Shown: positions 1-12,760 of the stretch, in pieces
Position numbering within the stretch: position 1 is the stretch's first letter
How the letters are laid out: every line of letters begins with the position of its first letter
Assembly (NCBI GenBank): GCA_051362555.1
Contig: CM120640.1
Location: 8,184,001 to 8,248,000, forward strand
Direction: 5' to 3'
From: Lingula anatina
Lineage: Eukaryota > Animalia > Brachiopoda
Length of the DNA: 64,000 nucleotides
Translations under genes and position numbers: made by a program
The notes under the pieces: model-generated
The model's database searches: none
Told to the model about the DNA's origin: nothing
Seen by the model: only the letters and a program-made list of their open reading frames with translations

Positions 1-913
1 AAAGCAAGCAGAAGGAGTAGGAGTCAGTAAAACAGTTAGCAAGATTACGTTAATGACACCACGCAAGCAACTCGAGCACTTGTGCGGCCTCTTAAATACC
101 AGCTAGTTTTCATTGGCAGTTTTGAAGTCGGAGAAAACGTAGATGGACGGTTAAGCAGCGCGTGCGAGGAAAACAGAAGGGGAGACGGGGGTTAAAGTGG
201 AGCTGACTTCTATGAGCTTCGACAGATCGAACAAGTCAGTCGACCGGAACGCGCCTGGTTGGCCACACAATACATGTAACATCATATTAATCGTCGGCCG
301 TATTTCCTTAACTAACTAGAAGACTGCGTTCAAAAATCTAGTCCCTGTTTATTAGTCAAAAACCGCGACGCAGCACGAGTCGATGGTGCCATCTTCTTTA
401 ATTTGCTGTCATCTCGTCTAATTTTCATCTTTATGCAAATTCTGATTATCGCTAGTGCAGTCAGGCAGAGGAGCTGACTCGATACCAAGTCGAGGAACAA
501 AAGCGGTTTCCATTTAAGCTGAGAATGCATTGAGAGGCCGGCTCATAAACGGCAACGGGATATATATATATGACAACATCACGATAATTGAACAACTGAT
601 TTATACCATAGAGAAGATCATTAATTTTGGATTGTGCTTTCATGGACATAAGGCAGGCATTATTTTTGTTGGTGCAGAAAAATTCGGTAGGGTAAACAGG
701 TCCCAATAACTCACCGCTAATGGACTAGCAGCGTGAAGAAGCAATATTAATAGAGTTGCCGCTACTACCGGTTGATGTCTAGAGGGGAATTATTTGTTGT
801 GCAGACGGCTTCAGTGCTTTCGGGTCGAGGGAAGTCCACTGGACGACACTTCTAATCGAAAGTTTTGCCATCAGAGAAAAACAGAAGTTTTGAGAAGAAC
901 GACAAAAACCACT

Positions 914-3900
914 ATGTCTTCCGGATCAGAATCGGACGACAGCTGCAAGGAAACTTGTATGGACATATCAACATCGCCTTCATCGTCAGATTTTTATGAG
1001 CCCATCAAGAAACTAGCGAGCGTGCAGCTTTTTCCTCCAAGAAATCCGGAGAAACCTTTCACTCCGTTTTCCATTAGTGACATTCTAGCTCCAAGAGACA
1101 ATAAGCCATATATAACTAATAACAATAACAACAATAACAGTAGTAGCACCAACAATAACAATGTACATTTTGTCCGGCCGTGGGACACAAGTAGCACCAG
1201 TAGCAGTAATGGGCATATTGCTGAGGACGAGGAGGAAGATGAAGACATTGAGATAGACATTGTTGACAATGACAAGGCTATTTTAGACAGGGTGAAGCCA
1301 TCGCCATTAGATGCACTTTTCCAAATGACAAGTAAAACATTTGAGGGTCTCGATGCCCATGGCAATCTACGAGAAGGTGAGGTGGTTTTCATTTTCAGTA
1401 ATATATATATTTTTCGTATTTCATATTAATTCTAATTTGGCGTAATAGGACTTAATCTTCAAATCTTTGGGGATTAAAATCATATACAAACTTTTACTTT
1501 GTACTAAAAATTTTCAGAATCATATTATTTTCAATTTAACTTATTGTTCAGTTTTTTAGAAAAGCCTACATGTGGTTCACAGAAAAAGGTACTAAAAGCT
1601 AGTCATTGTTTAGTCATCATAATTTTGAAAAATGTTCTTCGCGGTCATTGGACATTCAAAGATAACATCAATGAATAAAGGAAATTCATTTTAGGCTTTT
1701 CCTATAAAAACTTACTGATGGTAAATTGTGAGAAAATACAAGCAACCACAATTTATTAAAAAATCTATTTAATAAAAATGTCAAATGTAAACAGGTAATT
1801 ATTATTTAGTAGGAAGGAAATGGTATTATTTGAATTTTTTCTCTGCATTGACTAAAAAGTGCTTTAAATAAGTAAGATTTTTAAATTTTTTTCTTATTAT
1901 TTTTAAAACTCGAGCGAAGATATTCTTTATTGCCAAATTGAAAGGGTGATATGAAAACCAAAATACACCTTTAAATACACCTATTAAAATTACATAAACT
2001 GAATTGTTCGAAATATGGTGGCACTTTGGGGCCAGGTAACATGTTGAACTTCTTTAATCAGCAAAGTCCTAAAAATAATTGCTTTTATCGCTAAAGACGT
2101 AAGACGCGAAAGATAACCATAACGAGCATTCTTTGTGCTTTACCTTAAGGTTTTGAAACAAAATTACCTTTTAATTTGGGATAATTATTACGCTATAAAT
2201 GAGGTCAGACGCTGTGTCATTTCATCCTTGTCGACCCTTCATCAATCTCTCCGTCCATGTTGTCCCGGGCCCGTCCAGGTGGCTGGCGTTCATCAATCAC
2301 CGCCGTCCCGCCCGTTCTCGGCTATTGCGCAAAGATCATGAGATAGCCGGTGCACCAAGACACTTATCTGATAGACTACTTAACACGTGCCTTCTGGTTT
2401 GTTCTGTGTTTTCTAATAGTGAAACCATTATGTTCTTGTCTCTAGCGTTTTACGTGTATCACACCGATCAGGATAATTGTAAGTTATTTGTTTAAATAAC
2501 CGCAAAAGTAGATATCAGTGAATATTAGATGTGAACGAAAATATTTTCCTGAACATTTCATGAAATATTAAACATGTTCTTTCTTAAAATATATTATTAT
2601 CTTTCTTATTGCCTCTCAAACGTAGCCGATGGTGAGAAAAATACGATTTTGTAATATTAAAAAATAAATCCTATTTAACAGTGTCATTATAACTTCCATA
2701 TTTCGATATGTCTTTATTTCTCATTTTCATTTTCTCAATCGTGTTGTCCTGGAAGCACCGTCACCGGGTCCATTTACCTGTCTGTGTCAGCGACGGAACC
2801 GCCATAGCCTGCACGATCCTCTTCCCAAATACTTGTGTCGGACCGAAAGTGACAAAGCATCAGTTATCTTCCATTAGTAAATCAAATTGCTTGGCGCAAC
2901 GACAGATTTGAATTTTAACTAGATCTGATCAAACGAACAAAACACATTTCTAAAAAATTCTCAGCAATCCGCCGTATTTATTCAATAATTGATGCGCCAA
3001 GTAATGGGAAGTGACAGTAAGACAAGGCAACTCTTTACTTCAGGCATGTGATTAGGAATTGCAATTGTTACTTCGTGATAGGAGCTCTAACAAAGCGTCT
3101 GACAAACACAAACAAGAACAGGAATATGGAGTCAAGTATGTTTCAGTTGAAAGTTTCACCATGAAAAAAAATTCATTTGAAATTTAATCAGTTTACAGCT
3201 TAATCAACAATCTTATTCATGTTGCAGAAGGTATTCTAATTTGCTTAACACTTATAGCTGTATCGTATGATATGCTCATTTTTTAACACGTTGGAAATTA
3301 CTCCCATGCGACACATTTGATTTTAATAAACTCTCAACGTTCTCGTTAAACTGTATTTCCAGAGACACAGGCTGTCCCGAAAATTCTGCCATTTGTGTAA
3401 GCATAAACGGACTATTCATCAAAACCTCTTAACAATACCTAAACGATTAGATAATCAAGATTACATCCCCATTATCATATATCTCTGAACTCCATCTCAT
3501 TTAATAGATAAGGTCCTTAAAGCTCGTTTGCTCGTTTACTCGTCATAGGAAGAAAAAATTACCTGGGCAATTAACGAGAAGAGACTGATACGGACAGATA
3601 GAGATCGAGCAATCTTTGAAGAATTTTCTGGTTGGCGCTGGGCGTCCTTCAGTGTGTACGATTTCATTAAGCTTACCCCAAAACAAGACATTTCCTGCAT
3701 TATTCTTACAGCCATTACACTGCATAGTTTTTTATCACTAACTGAACGAACAAAGGGGCTTCCTGTTAGGGCTGTCAGCATAGCTGCACTAATCAGGAAA
3801 AGGACTGCTTGAAAGCCGCCCTGTTTGCTGAAAATAATATTTCATCAACCTTCCAAATAGTCTTCACGCTATTTTTGACTATTACTTCGGCTAAATTATT

Positions 3901-6900
3901 CGGGCTTTTTGTCTGTCTCTTTATATATTATTATTTAATACTAGTTTTCTTTTCTGTCAATATTTTAGCATTTCTTTCTTGTTACTTCCATAATAAATGT
4001 TCCTGTGGCTCTCATTCTACACAAATTCATTGTAGGCGACGTTGATGAACTCAAGGTTTCTTTGTTAAAGTTTTTTATGGGCCTGGGTGAGAGTCGTGAC
4101 TGTCATACGCGTTCACAGCGTCGGTTCGCAGCCAGTGGGCATCACCTAACTGCCGGTTATGACAGCGGCGAGTTGCAGTTCACTCCTACTCGCCTGCTGA
4201 ATTATTCCAAGTTACTTACTTTATGTCTCTTTTCATCAACATCTTGTTTTTTTACGAGAGATAACAACGCATATTATTTCACAGCACGTGCCCCCTTTAT
4301 TCCTATACATACTTTGTACTTGATGTTGTGGTGCATGTTCATTTGAAAAAAAAATGAATAAATAGAGATGCGGAAGGCGGCATTGCTGCTTATTATTTCG
4401 GTTGGAAAAATATGGATGTGAGGTGCTTATTTTCAAAGTATTCTTAATATTTTTGTTCGGTAGCGTTGTATTTATAAAAAACGTACATAACAAATCCCAA
4501 ACTAACGCATCTTTTCAAGGAAAATCTAAGGGCGTCACGTAACGGGAGCGTCTTTCTCGCAGCGAATTCAGTATAGAAGCCATAATTTAATCATGATCAA
4601 TTACACATAAGAAGCGATAAAACCCTGTCTAGGGCAAGTGAAGATAGATATCAGTTTTACAACGAGTTCGTACCCCAGGCCCACGCAGCCACTGTATCTA
4701 CGATCTGACGCTACAAACGGACAAGCCCCTCATTAACAGCCTCATTCTGACCATTTTCGTCTACTTTATGCTTTCAATGGTCTTTTCTTGTGATTGGATG
4801 CGACGTTGATCGCAGGATGTTTAAGGTGTACACAGCTCCGCGGTCCTCCGGTAGCCTCGTAAATCTGCTCCCCGCTCACTTTATCATCCCGAAAGTAGCG
4901 GTAAACAAGCTGCTCACCTCTCACAGACCTGCCAGGCGCCAGCCACTTAAAGCCTGCTAAATTACCAAGTAGTCGTTAACAGATAATGATTTTATTAACT
5001 AATGGATAGAGTGTCAGGGGTTAAATTGATCACCTCTCTTTACATCCTCTTTCGCCCCCTGCTCCCCCCCCCCCCCCCCCCCCCCATCCCAAGCTCTGTC
5101 TCAGAGTTTCTAACTTTACCCATTTTGGCATTTTTGACTATTGATGGTCCTTACGCTTACTCTCTTTATATCTCTATCCCTTTCTATCCCTCTCTAAACC
5201 TCTTTCTCTCTCAACGCTTTTTCTCTTTCTCTCTCTCTCAATCGTTTATTCATTACCGATCGTTAACAGGGCACACCAAGAACCGTGTAGCTCTTATCTG
5301 CTGGGTTGTTATGAGAGTTTCTACAGGCATCACGAGAAAATAAATCCATTTAAGTAATCTTTTATTGCCTGATGTCGAGGCAAATTACCTAAATAATTAA
5401 GCGTAAAGGAGCTATAATGACCTACTTTAATATTTCATGAAGCTGAAATGGATCAGTTTCACACTCAGGAGCGGATCAGTCGAGCTGTTAATTACATTTC
5501 GTGTAATCATCTAATGGAATTCATTGTTTAGGATAGATAGACTGTGTCAGTTTCAAGTGGCTTATAGATTGAATGAAATCTCCTAAATAAGAATTACACT
5601 TAGAGAAGGGGTGATTAGCAATGGAAAAATGGATGTAATTCAATTAAGAGGTATTTTAGTGGGCTGATTATTCTTAAATGAGGTTTTGTGTTTCACTGCC
5701 CAAGCTAACTATGATATACTGCAATAATGCGTTAACCTTTCTCCCGGCTGCGCCTCAAATGCAGCATATAAAAGACTCGCTCGTGTTTGAACCGCAGAAT
5801 ACTTTGTCTTTATACCCCAAAATAAAAGATATAATTCTGTCAAACAATGGACATCATTTATTATACATTTTAATCGGCTGTTTATAAACTATTAAGACGT
5901 AACGTCATCAGTCCTTGTCGTCTGAACGGACTACTAATCGGACGTTCCTTGAACCCCCGCACACTGCGTGGTTGTTGAAGACGAGGAACGTTATCCGTGC
6001 CTTGTCATGATAAAAAGAAGATAAGATATTTTTTGAAAAATTAATTATTGTACTTGTGACAGTCTCATTCTTCACCTGTCTTCTTTTTGCATTCTTATCC
6101 TCGTATTCTCAAAAATGGAGCATATCAAAGGCTCTCTCGCCACTCTTGCGGACAAAGAGAAGATAGTAAGGCATTATTGTGAGTAGTAATGTTGAAGATT
6201 AGCGTTGGAGGATGCCATATTTTGTTATAACTTCTGTCATGCACAGCCCATCTATTTATAATTTAATTTGAATATAATATTCATTTTCCAAAAGACAAGT
6301 CCAAATCATACGCGTAATAACAGGAGCAAACATAACCTTGGGTAGTAGTAAAGGTTTCAAAGAGAAATGTATAGTGGCACGTACCTCAGCTACTAACAGC
6401 CCCCGTTAACAAGTTGAAAAAAAGCTGTTTGAGTGTAAGAGGTTAGGCTTGTTGTAGAGTATAGTTATCCCATCCAAATTATGATTTGTGCCTCAGTATT
6501 GCCACGCACTTCTTAGTGTCAGGCGCGGAGATAGCGGACGGCCATTTGCGGTAGGGGGAGATTGGAAAACTCTTTGATGGTAGCACCGTGTTGCCAATTG
6601 CGGAAACTTTAATTACAGGTCGAGTTCTACTCGCAATAAAATCTAACCTCTTTGAGTTCGTTCTCCCTGTTATCTAGACGGCACGGGGATCCCATTCCCT
6701 TTTAAGCGCGCTAAATTTCAAACATTTATCACAGATTAATTATTTAAATGTTCCAGAGGAAAATGAGCCGGAGCCATAAAGAACGATAAAAAGCGACAAG
6801 CAGCTGACTCCGTGAAATATAGGTTCAGATGTAATAATACTGTCAATTTTTAAAGTGAGATTATCGTCTTTCAAGTTAGTTGCTAAAAGCTTCGTTTTGG

Positions 6901-9310
6901 TGTTATTGCGAGTAGCTGGATGATTGGTTAAAGTGTCTGAATATTTCATCTTTGTTGGACAACGCTGCGCGTTTTTGTTCCCAGGACAAAACATTAGGTG
7001 CTTTTAAAGAAAATATATGAGCTAATAACCGAGAGAATCACAACCATTTATATTATTCAATTAAATTACCCCCATCAGACCTTGGGGCCTCCTAGCAGGT
7101 AAAAAGGATACTTGAAACAAAGCCAATTTAGCTTTATTGGGAACTATTTAAGGAGAATAATAGCTGACAAAGATTCATTGCCAAAAATTATGGCGCTATC
7201 TGAAAAACTAAATGCCATTGCAAAACATTAAAGAGTTTTGATAGTTAGTATATTTTATCTACCACTGTGTGCGTGAATAGTCCTCCCGACATAACATTTC
7301 CATTTAAATTTTGTACTTAACCTGCCAAAGAAGTTGTCTTTTCCTCATTATTTTTAAACATCACTATTATAAAACGGTTCCACTGACAACTAAAGTGTCT
7401 GGGCGGCCCATGAATCAAGTTTCTTTCATCTTTATATTTTGGGTTGAACGGTTAAACGTTCTTTTATTCCTGTTTTGCATGTCGTTAACTATCGGTCTTT
7501 TAACCTGTACAAATAGCACATGCTCTGCTCTCTGAAATCGCTACTCTACCTAGCACATAAAAGTGCATATTGTTGGGAAGCTATGATCAATAATAGTTGA
7601 GGGGGAAATGCACTGTTTAGTTGGCCAGCTTAACTTTACATGTCTAAGAAGCAAGGCCAACAACTTTCATGATCTTCATCAAGAAATAAAGTAATAATAT
7701 AAATCAAGCGTTAAATAACTCGATTGTTTTGTCGGCTGACAAGTCCAACAAATCATCTGTAACCTGACGCGATGAAGAACATTAAGAAGTGAAGGATGAC
7801 TGTTTCTCAAAATAACAAGATGTAGAAGAGCAACCAGTGGCAGCCGGTTCTGATACCTGTTAAACCTACATCATCATAAAACATGGTAGAGCTTGCGTGA
7901 TTAACTTGTAACGCTCATTTAGTGCTTTCTGTACCTTATATTTGACTTTTTCCGGGGTTTCGTTACATCTGGTTTACAAGTAATCATACATTCTTCCGGA
8001 ACTGAGGATAAACAAAGTACAGCAGATTCCCTTACATTATGATTACCGTATTTTTTCAGTACGCGTTTGTACATGGGTTACAATTATCTATATATTTCCA
8101 TACTTATAGAAAAAAAGTTTAAAGCATATGCTTTTTCACTGGCGGATACAGATACTAAAATAAGGAAGGGGCGGCACTTTTTAAACTCTCCTCCCCACCT
8201 TCTTTACTGCAAACATTAAAAAAAAAACCTTTGGATCCGCCTATGTTTATCATTGCTCCACTACATTCACCATATTTGAGAAGATGTTTTTATCTTTGTC
8301 TCTGAATGTCTGACAACACATTTGTGAATGAGAATTATGTGCTTAATTGAAAATGCAAGAAAGGTTTGATGTAACCTAGTCCTGAATGATGGAGACTCCT
8401 TTTTAATGAATCAATAAACGCTTAAATGAATAAAAGAAATAAAAAATTAAATAACCCTCTAATTAACTTATATAAAACTTGGCAAAGGGAAATTTATTTT
8501 ATTAAATTGATTTTTGGAACGATAAACAAAAAGAACTGGTATAAAAAAAATTCACACAAGCTACAAATGACAAGTATATAAAAATGGTCCTTTTCAGCAA
8601 AAAATAATAATAATAAATAAAAAGAGAAAAGCTCTTGCACCTCCGTTTCGGTACCATTAAGCAGGTCCAAATGCATACTGTAAATCAAATTTACTAAGCA
8701 AGACTGCTTGATTTCGAAAATAACTACACTGAAATGGCATTGTTATGCAGAGAAAATCGTTTTTTCCCTTGTTCTTTGTCACAATATGAGTTAATCATTA
8801 AGATTTATCAAACATGTCTGATATCACATAGTTTCTTCTTCTCTTGTTGTTATTATTTTTTTTCATTCATTTATTTATTTACATTTTGTTTGTTTCTTTT
8901 TAGAATCCTCTCGGCGGGACCATTTGTCGGTCTTCAGCAAGCAGCCAGCTTCAAAAAAGAGGAGAAAATCCCGCACTGCTTTCACAAATCAACAAATCTA
9001 TGAACTCGAAAAGAGATTTTTGTATCAAAAATACCTGACACCCGCTGACAGGGATGAGATTGCTCAAACTTTAGGACTTTCGAACGCACAAGTGATAACC
9101 TGGTTCCAGAACAGGAGGGCTAAACTGAAACGAGACCTCGAGGAACTGAAGGCCGACGTCACGGCCACAGCGAAAGTACACCCAGTGCACAAGGTGCTGA
9201 TGGAGCAAGTTGAAGACATGAATGCAAAACGGAACGAAATTCTAAAAAAGAAAGAAGAAGCGGCCAAAAGACTGGCCCTAAATATAACAAAAGACGATTT
9301 TAAGGAATAA
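914..9310 (+). CDS. Lbx: Ladybird (Lbx) NK-class homeobox transcription factor; join(914..1376,8904..9310), 289 aa
   Basis: Exon 1 has the eh1 motif TPFSISDIL, VRPWD and the Lbx-type SPLDALFQMTSKTFEGL, and ends at a phase-1 donor (G|GTGAGG, 1377). Exon 2 follows a polypyrimidine tract and TAG (8901-8903) in matching phase. It encodes KKRRKSRTAFTNQQIYELEKRFLYQKYLTPADRDEIAQTLGLSNAQVITWFQNRRAKLKR plus DLEELKADV, diagnostic of Lbx. AATAAA at 9724-9729. Confidence 0.96.
8137..8245. mobile_element. Degraded short MITE (GGCGGAT...ATCCGCC ends) in the Lbx intron
   Basis: Ends CACTGGCGGATACA and TGGATCCGCCTATG are imperfect inverted repeats of the same type as the element at 22942-23210. No clear target-site duplication (TSD). 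Confidence 0.5.
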
Positions 9311-12300
9311 TGAATGGGTTTTGTTGTGGGTGTTTTTAATGATGCACATAGTGAAAAATAATCCCAACTGCACGTCATTGTATCCACGTCGTTCCCAATA
9401 TTGAAAGAAAACAGCGCCAACCTGACCGCAGCGGATTATTGAACCAGAACGCGCAAAAAAATCAGACGAGCACGTGATTTAGTGCATTCGTTGCTATATT
9501 TTATTGGTGCTAAGCATTCTCGAAAGACGATACGTAAAAATAATGCAGTGCTAGTTACTGTATTTGGTGCTTCTTATACTCGGTACCGTGTAAATTCATT
9601 TTGCTGTGCAAGCGGTGTCGAAGCCATTGTTATACGGTGGGGGGCCCACCTTGACAATATGCATTTAGACATATTCTTTGTGAACGAGACGGCATTCGAT
9701 TTGTGGTTTGTATGACAAAGTCTAATAAAGGGTTAGTATGTCTTGCAGAATACTATTTTAATAGCTTTGTTTTTTAATTGGTGGATGACAAAAGATCAAA
9801 GGTGGCCTGGATTTTGACATTCCGCACGTGCTCCTTTCTCCATGAATTGATCTCTTACTTTATGTTCCGTCAAGCGTTTTTTATGACAAGGCCTTGAAAA
9901 AGACATGCGAACTCAACATAAAGCACACGAGGCATTATTCCAGAAATTAATTTTTTTCATTTCAAAAACAAAAATGATACTGGTTGTTTTTTTTTTTTTT
10001 ATAATTTTCAACTTTAGTTCTGAAGATATTTTAGCAGTTTTTAAAATATATTTTTGATTCCTTTGCCCTGAAAGGAATCCAAAATTGTGGAAGAGATACT
10101 TAAAGATATTACTTTAAAACATGACCCAATTTATCCAGAACTAAAAAACCATAACAACTAGGTATTTTGACCAAAATGTTTGCTTGTACATGTCATATAT
10201 ACTTTGGTCTGCAACAACAGTTTGGAAAGCAAACGTGGAAACTGCAATGTAAGACTCCTTCTATCAAAACATAATGAAAAGAAATAAAGAAATAAAACAT
10301 ATATATATATATGCACGTCTAAAAATTATGTATATACATAATTATTTGCATATGATATGATGTGTATGCATATATAAATATAAATAAACGAAAGCGGCCT
10401 CATAGAAATCCTTTGCAAGTTCCTATTACGGTACATGTACATTGAGTTGGTGGTGAGTATTCAGAATAATGAAGCTACTTTGTTTTTCTCCACTCCTGTG
10501 GCATCAATCGTTGAAAATTTTATATATTTTGTTAATGGAAATGCTGACGTCGATGCACCTTATATCACCCCGGCAGTGTCTTGCATCAAAATGTCTACCT
10601 AATCGATTTGCTTTCCCTATCTGTTGTTTTAAAAAGTGGCGCATTAAATGCTATTCTACTCCAGTGCATACTTGTCTAATCTAATATTTAGTCAAGAAAT
10701 GAATCTATTTCCCGTAAATTTTCATGTACAGGCCAAAAAAACCTGATCTACAGTAAACCATATCTTATAGTCCTTTTCCGTGTCATTATTAGTTTAATCA
10801 TGTGCTCGGCATAATTTATAATCCAACGAACAAAGTTCATCCCTCTCCTTATCCATATCATTTGTTTTCGCTGATGACTACATTCGCTACATACTTTAAA
10901 TGCTTTTTTGCTTAAATTGATTACTAATCACATTCGTTGCACAGTGGTCCTCTGTCATCCGTTAGCACAAACAATCTTTTATAAAGCAGTATTGTTTTTA
11001 TACCGTGGCAGCCTTTAATTGACGGAGGAAGGGCTTTAGACAACATATGACAATAAATCCTCAGTAGATTGACCAGGTGCGGAGTGGACGCTTAGTTCAA
11101 TGGCTTTACTCATGCAGCGTCTCATCATCATCACAATCATCATCATCATCATTATTATTATTATCATCGCGAGACCTTGCCACGCGACAATGTAACCTTC
11201 CACCTTCAGAAACGTTCTCTTAATGAGGGACATTGACTTTTTCTTGTTTAAATCTAACTGACTTTTTAGGAAGCCAGTCCTTATATCTCAAAACCAAAAA
11301 TAAATAAAGATTTATTCCCATTCAAAATTGCATTTTAAGTGAAAACCTTTTTTTATTTAAACGAGTGGAATTAAGCCGTTTGTCTAAAGATAATTCGATT
11401 TTTTCCTTAACCTGCTATGCAACCAAGTAGGTCTAGGGTCTATAGGTCGTAGATTTAATCTTGTTTTTCTTCTCCTTCTGACCATTTGCAAACTAGTGCC
11501 GTTTTCGCCACAGGTTCAACAGTATCAGGGTAGAGCCTTAAGCTTATTTTTAATTCGGATCTCGAGAGAGAGATGGCTTGTAAGAATTAAAAAATTACGC
11601 TAGGAAAATAAGTTTTAACTTTGTTCACCCAAAAAGTCCTTACATTTATGTTGTAATTTATTTTTGATCAATATTATTCATTTATTCATTACGGGAAGCA
11701 AAGAGGGTTATTTCTCAAGATTATCTTAAATGTTTCAACGTTCATATTGATGTTTGACGAACAAGGCTGTGCTAAATTCTTGTATATCGGATATCGTTTA
11801 TGGCAATATTTTGTGCAAAATTTTGTTCCTACATTATCTCATTTACTTAGCCTTGTAATTAACTCTTTTAAACTTTTTATAACTTAAGGTTATTAAGTAA
11901 AAATTTGCTTACCAACTCTGCTTAAATATAAGAATAATTTGATTGTTTTGAAACATCTACAGTTTTACATACGCCAATTCAAGAAAAATTGGAGATAGAA
12001 AGCTAGTAAAATTTGCCTGACTTTTAGACAATTAGATGAAGACATATATATATTTGAAATCCATCATATATTTAAGTCATAAATCTGTTCAACCTGGACT
12101 CAAAAAGGAAGAATTGCACTTGTAAAAACAATAGGAAATCAATAGGGAAAATTGAAGGCAAAGTTCAGCTCCCGAGTGTTATTCTCGGTCGGCAATTATC
12201 GCACGCTTGGCTACTCAATTTAATTTAATTGTTCGACTATTTCTATCCACTCTTTTTTGTGTAATGAGTTCGTTGCAAATTGATCTCCACAAGTGAAAGA

Positions 12301-12710
12301 ACGACAGACTTATAATCAATTAACAGAGGATATCAGTGCCTCATGATAACATGAAGGCAGGCTAAGATAAAAACAACCTTGTTTTTGAACAATAGTAAAT
12401 TATTCTTAAAGGGATGATTAGCATTTTAATACGTTCCTCGAGTTCTCTATTGGAGGTATATGTTGTAATAATCAATAATAATACAGCAGAAATTCTCATT
12501 TTTGCATTATGAGAAATAATGTCCATTTGATGACTTAAGATAAATAAATTCTAATCAAATGTAGCAGTTGATAAATCAGTTTACTCTTAGCTAATTTCGG
12601 TTTGTTCCCCCTGTGATCTTATTATTTCAGATTGCATTGTTGTAGAAGCTCAAGGAAAGCTAAGGGTTTCGGAAAAGTGTAATCAGAAGTGGAATCTTCC
12701 AAAAATCTAC

Positions 12711-12760
12711 AATCAAATATTATAGGAATTAAATTTATTATAGGAATCAAATATTATAGG
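12711..12760. repeat. Short tandem repeat, about 3 copies of AATCAAATATTATAGG
   Basis: Read directly: aatcaaatattatagg aattaaatttattatagg aatcaaatattatagg. Confidence 0.7.

Noticed and set aside
794-913. N-terminal extension of the Lbx ORF from a TTG start
   Set aside because: Non-ATG start from the ORF caller; ATG 914 is the first in-frame ATG and fits the family.
994-1392. 132-aa poly-Leu/Ser minus-strand ORF resembling a membrane protein
   Set aside because: Antisense shadow of the low-complexity Lbx exon 1.
5002-5343. 113-aa ORF with a poly-Pro run
   Set aside because: Produced by a poly-C run and a CT-rich tract inside the Lbx intron; no domain.
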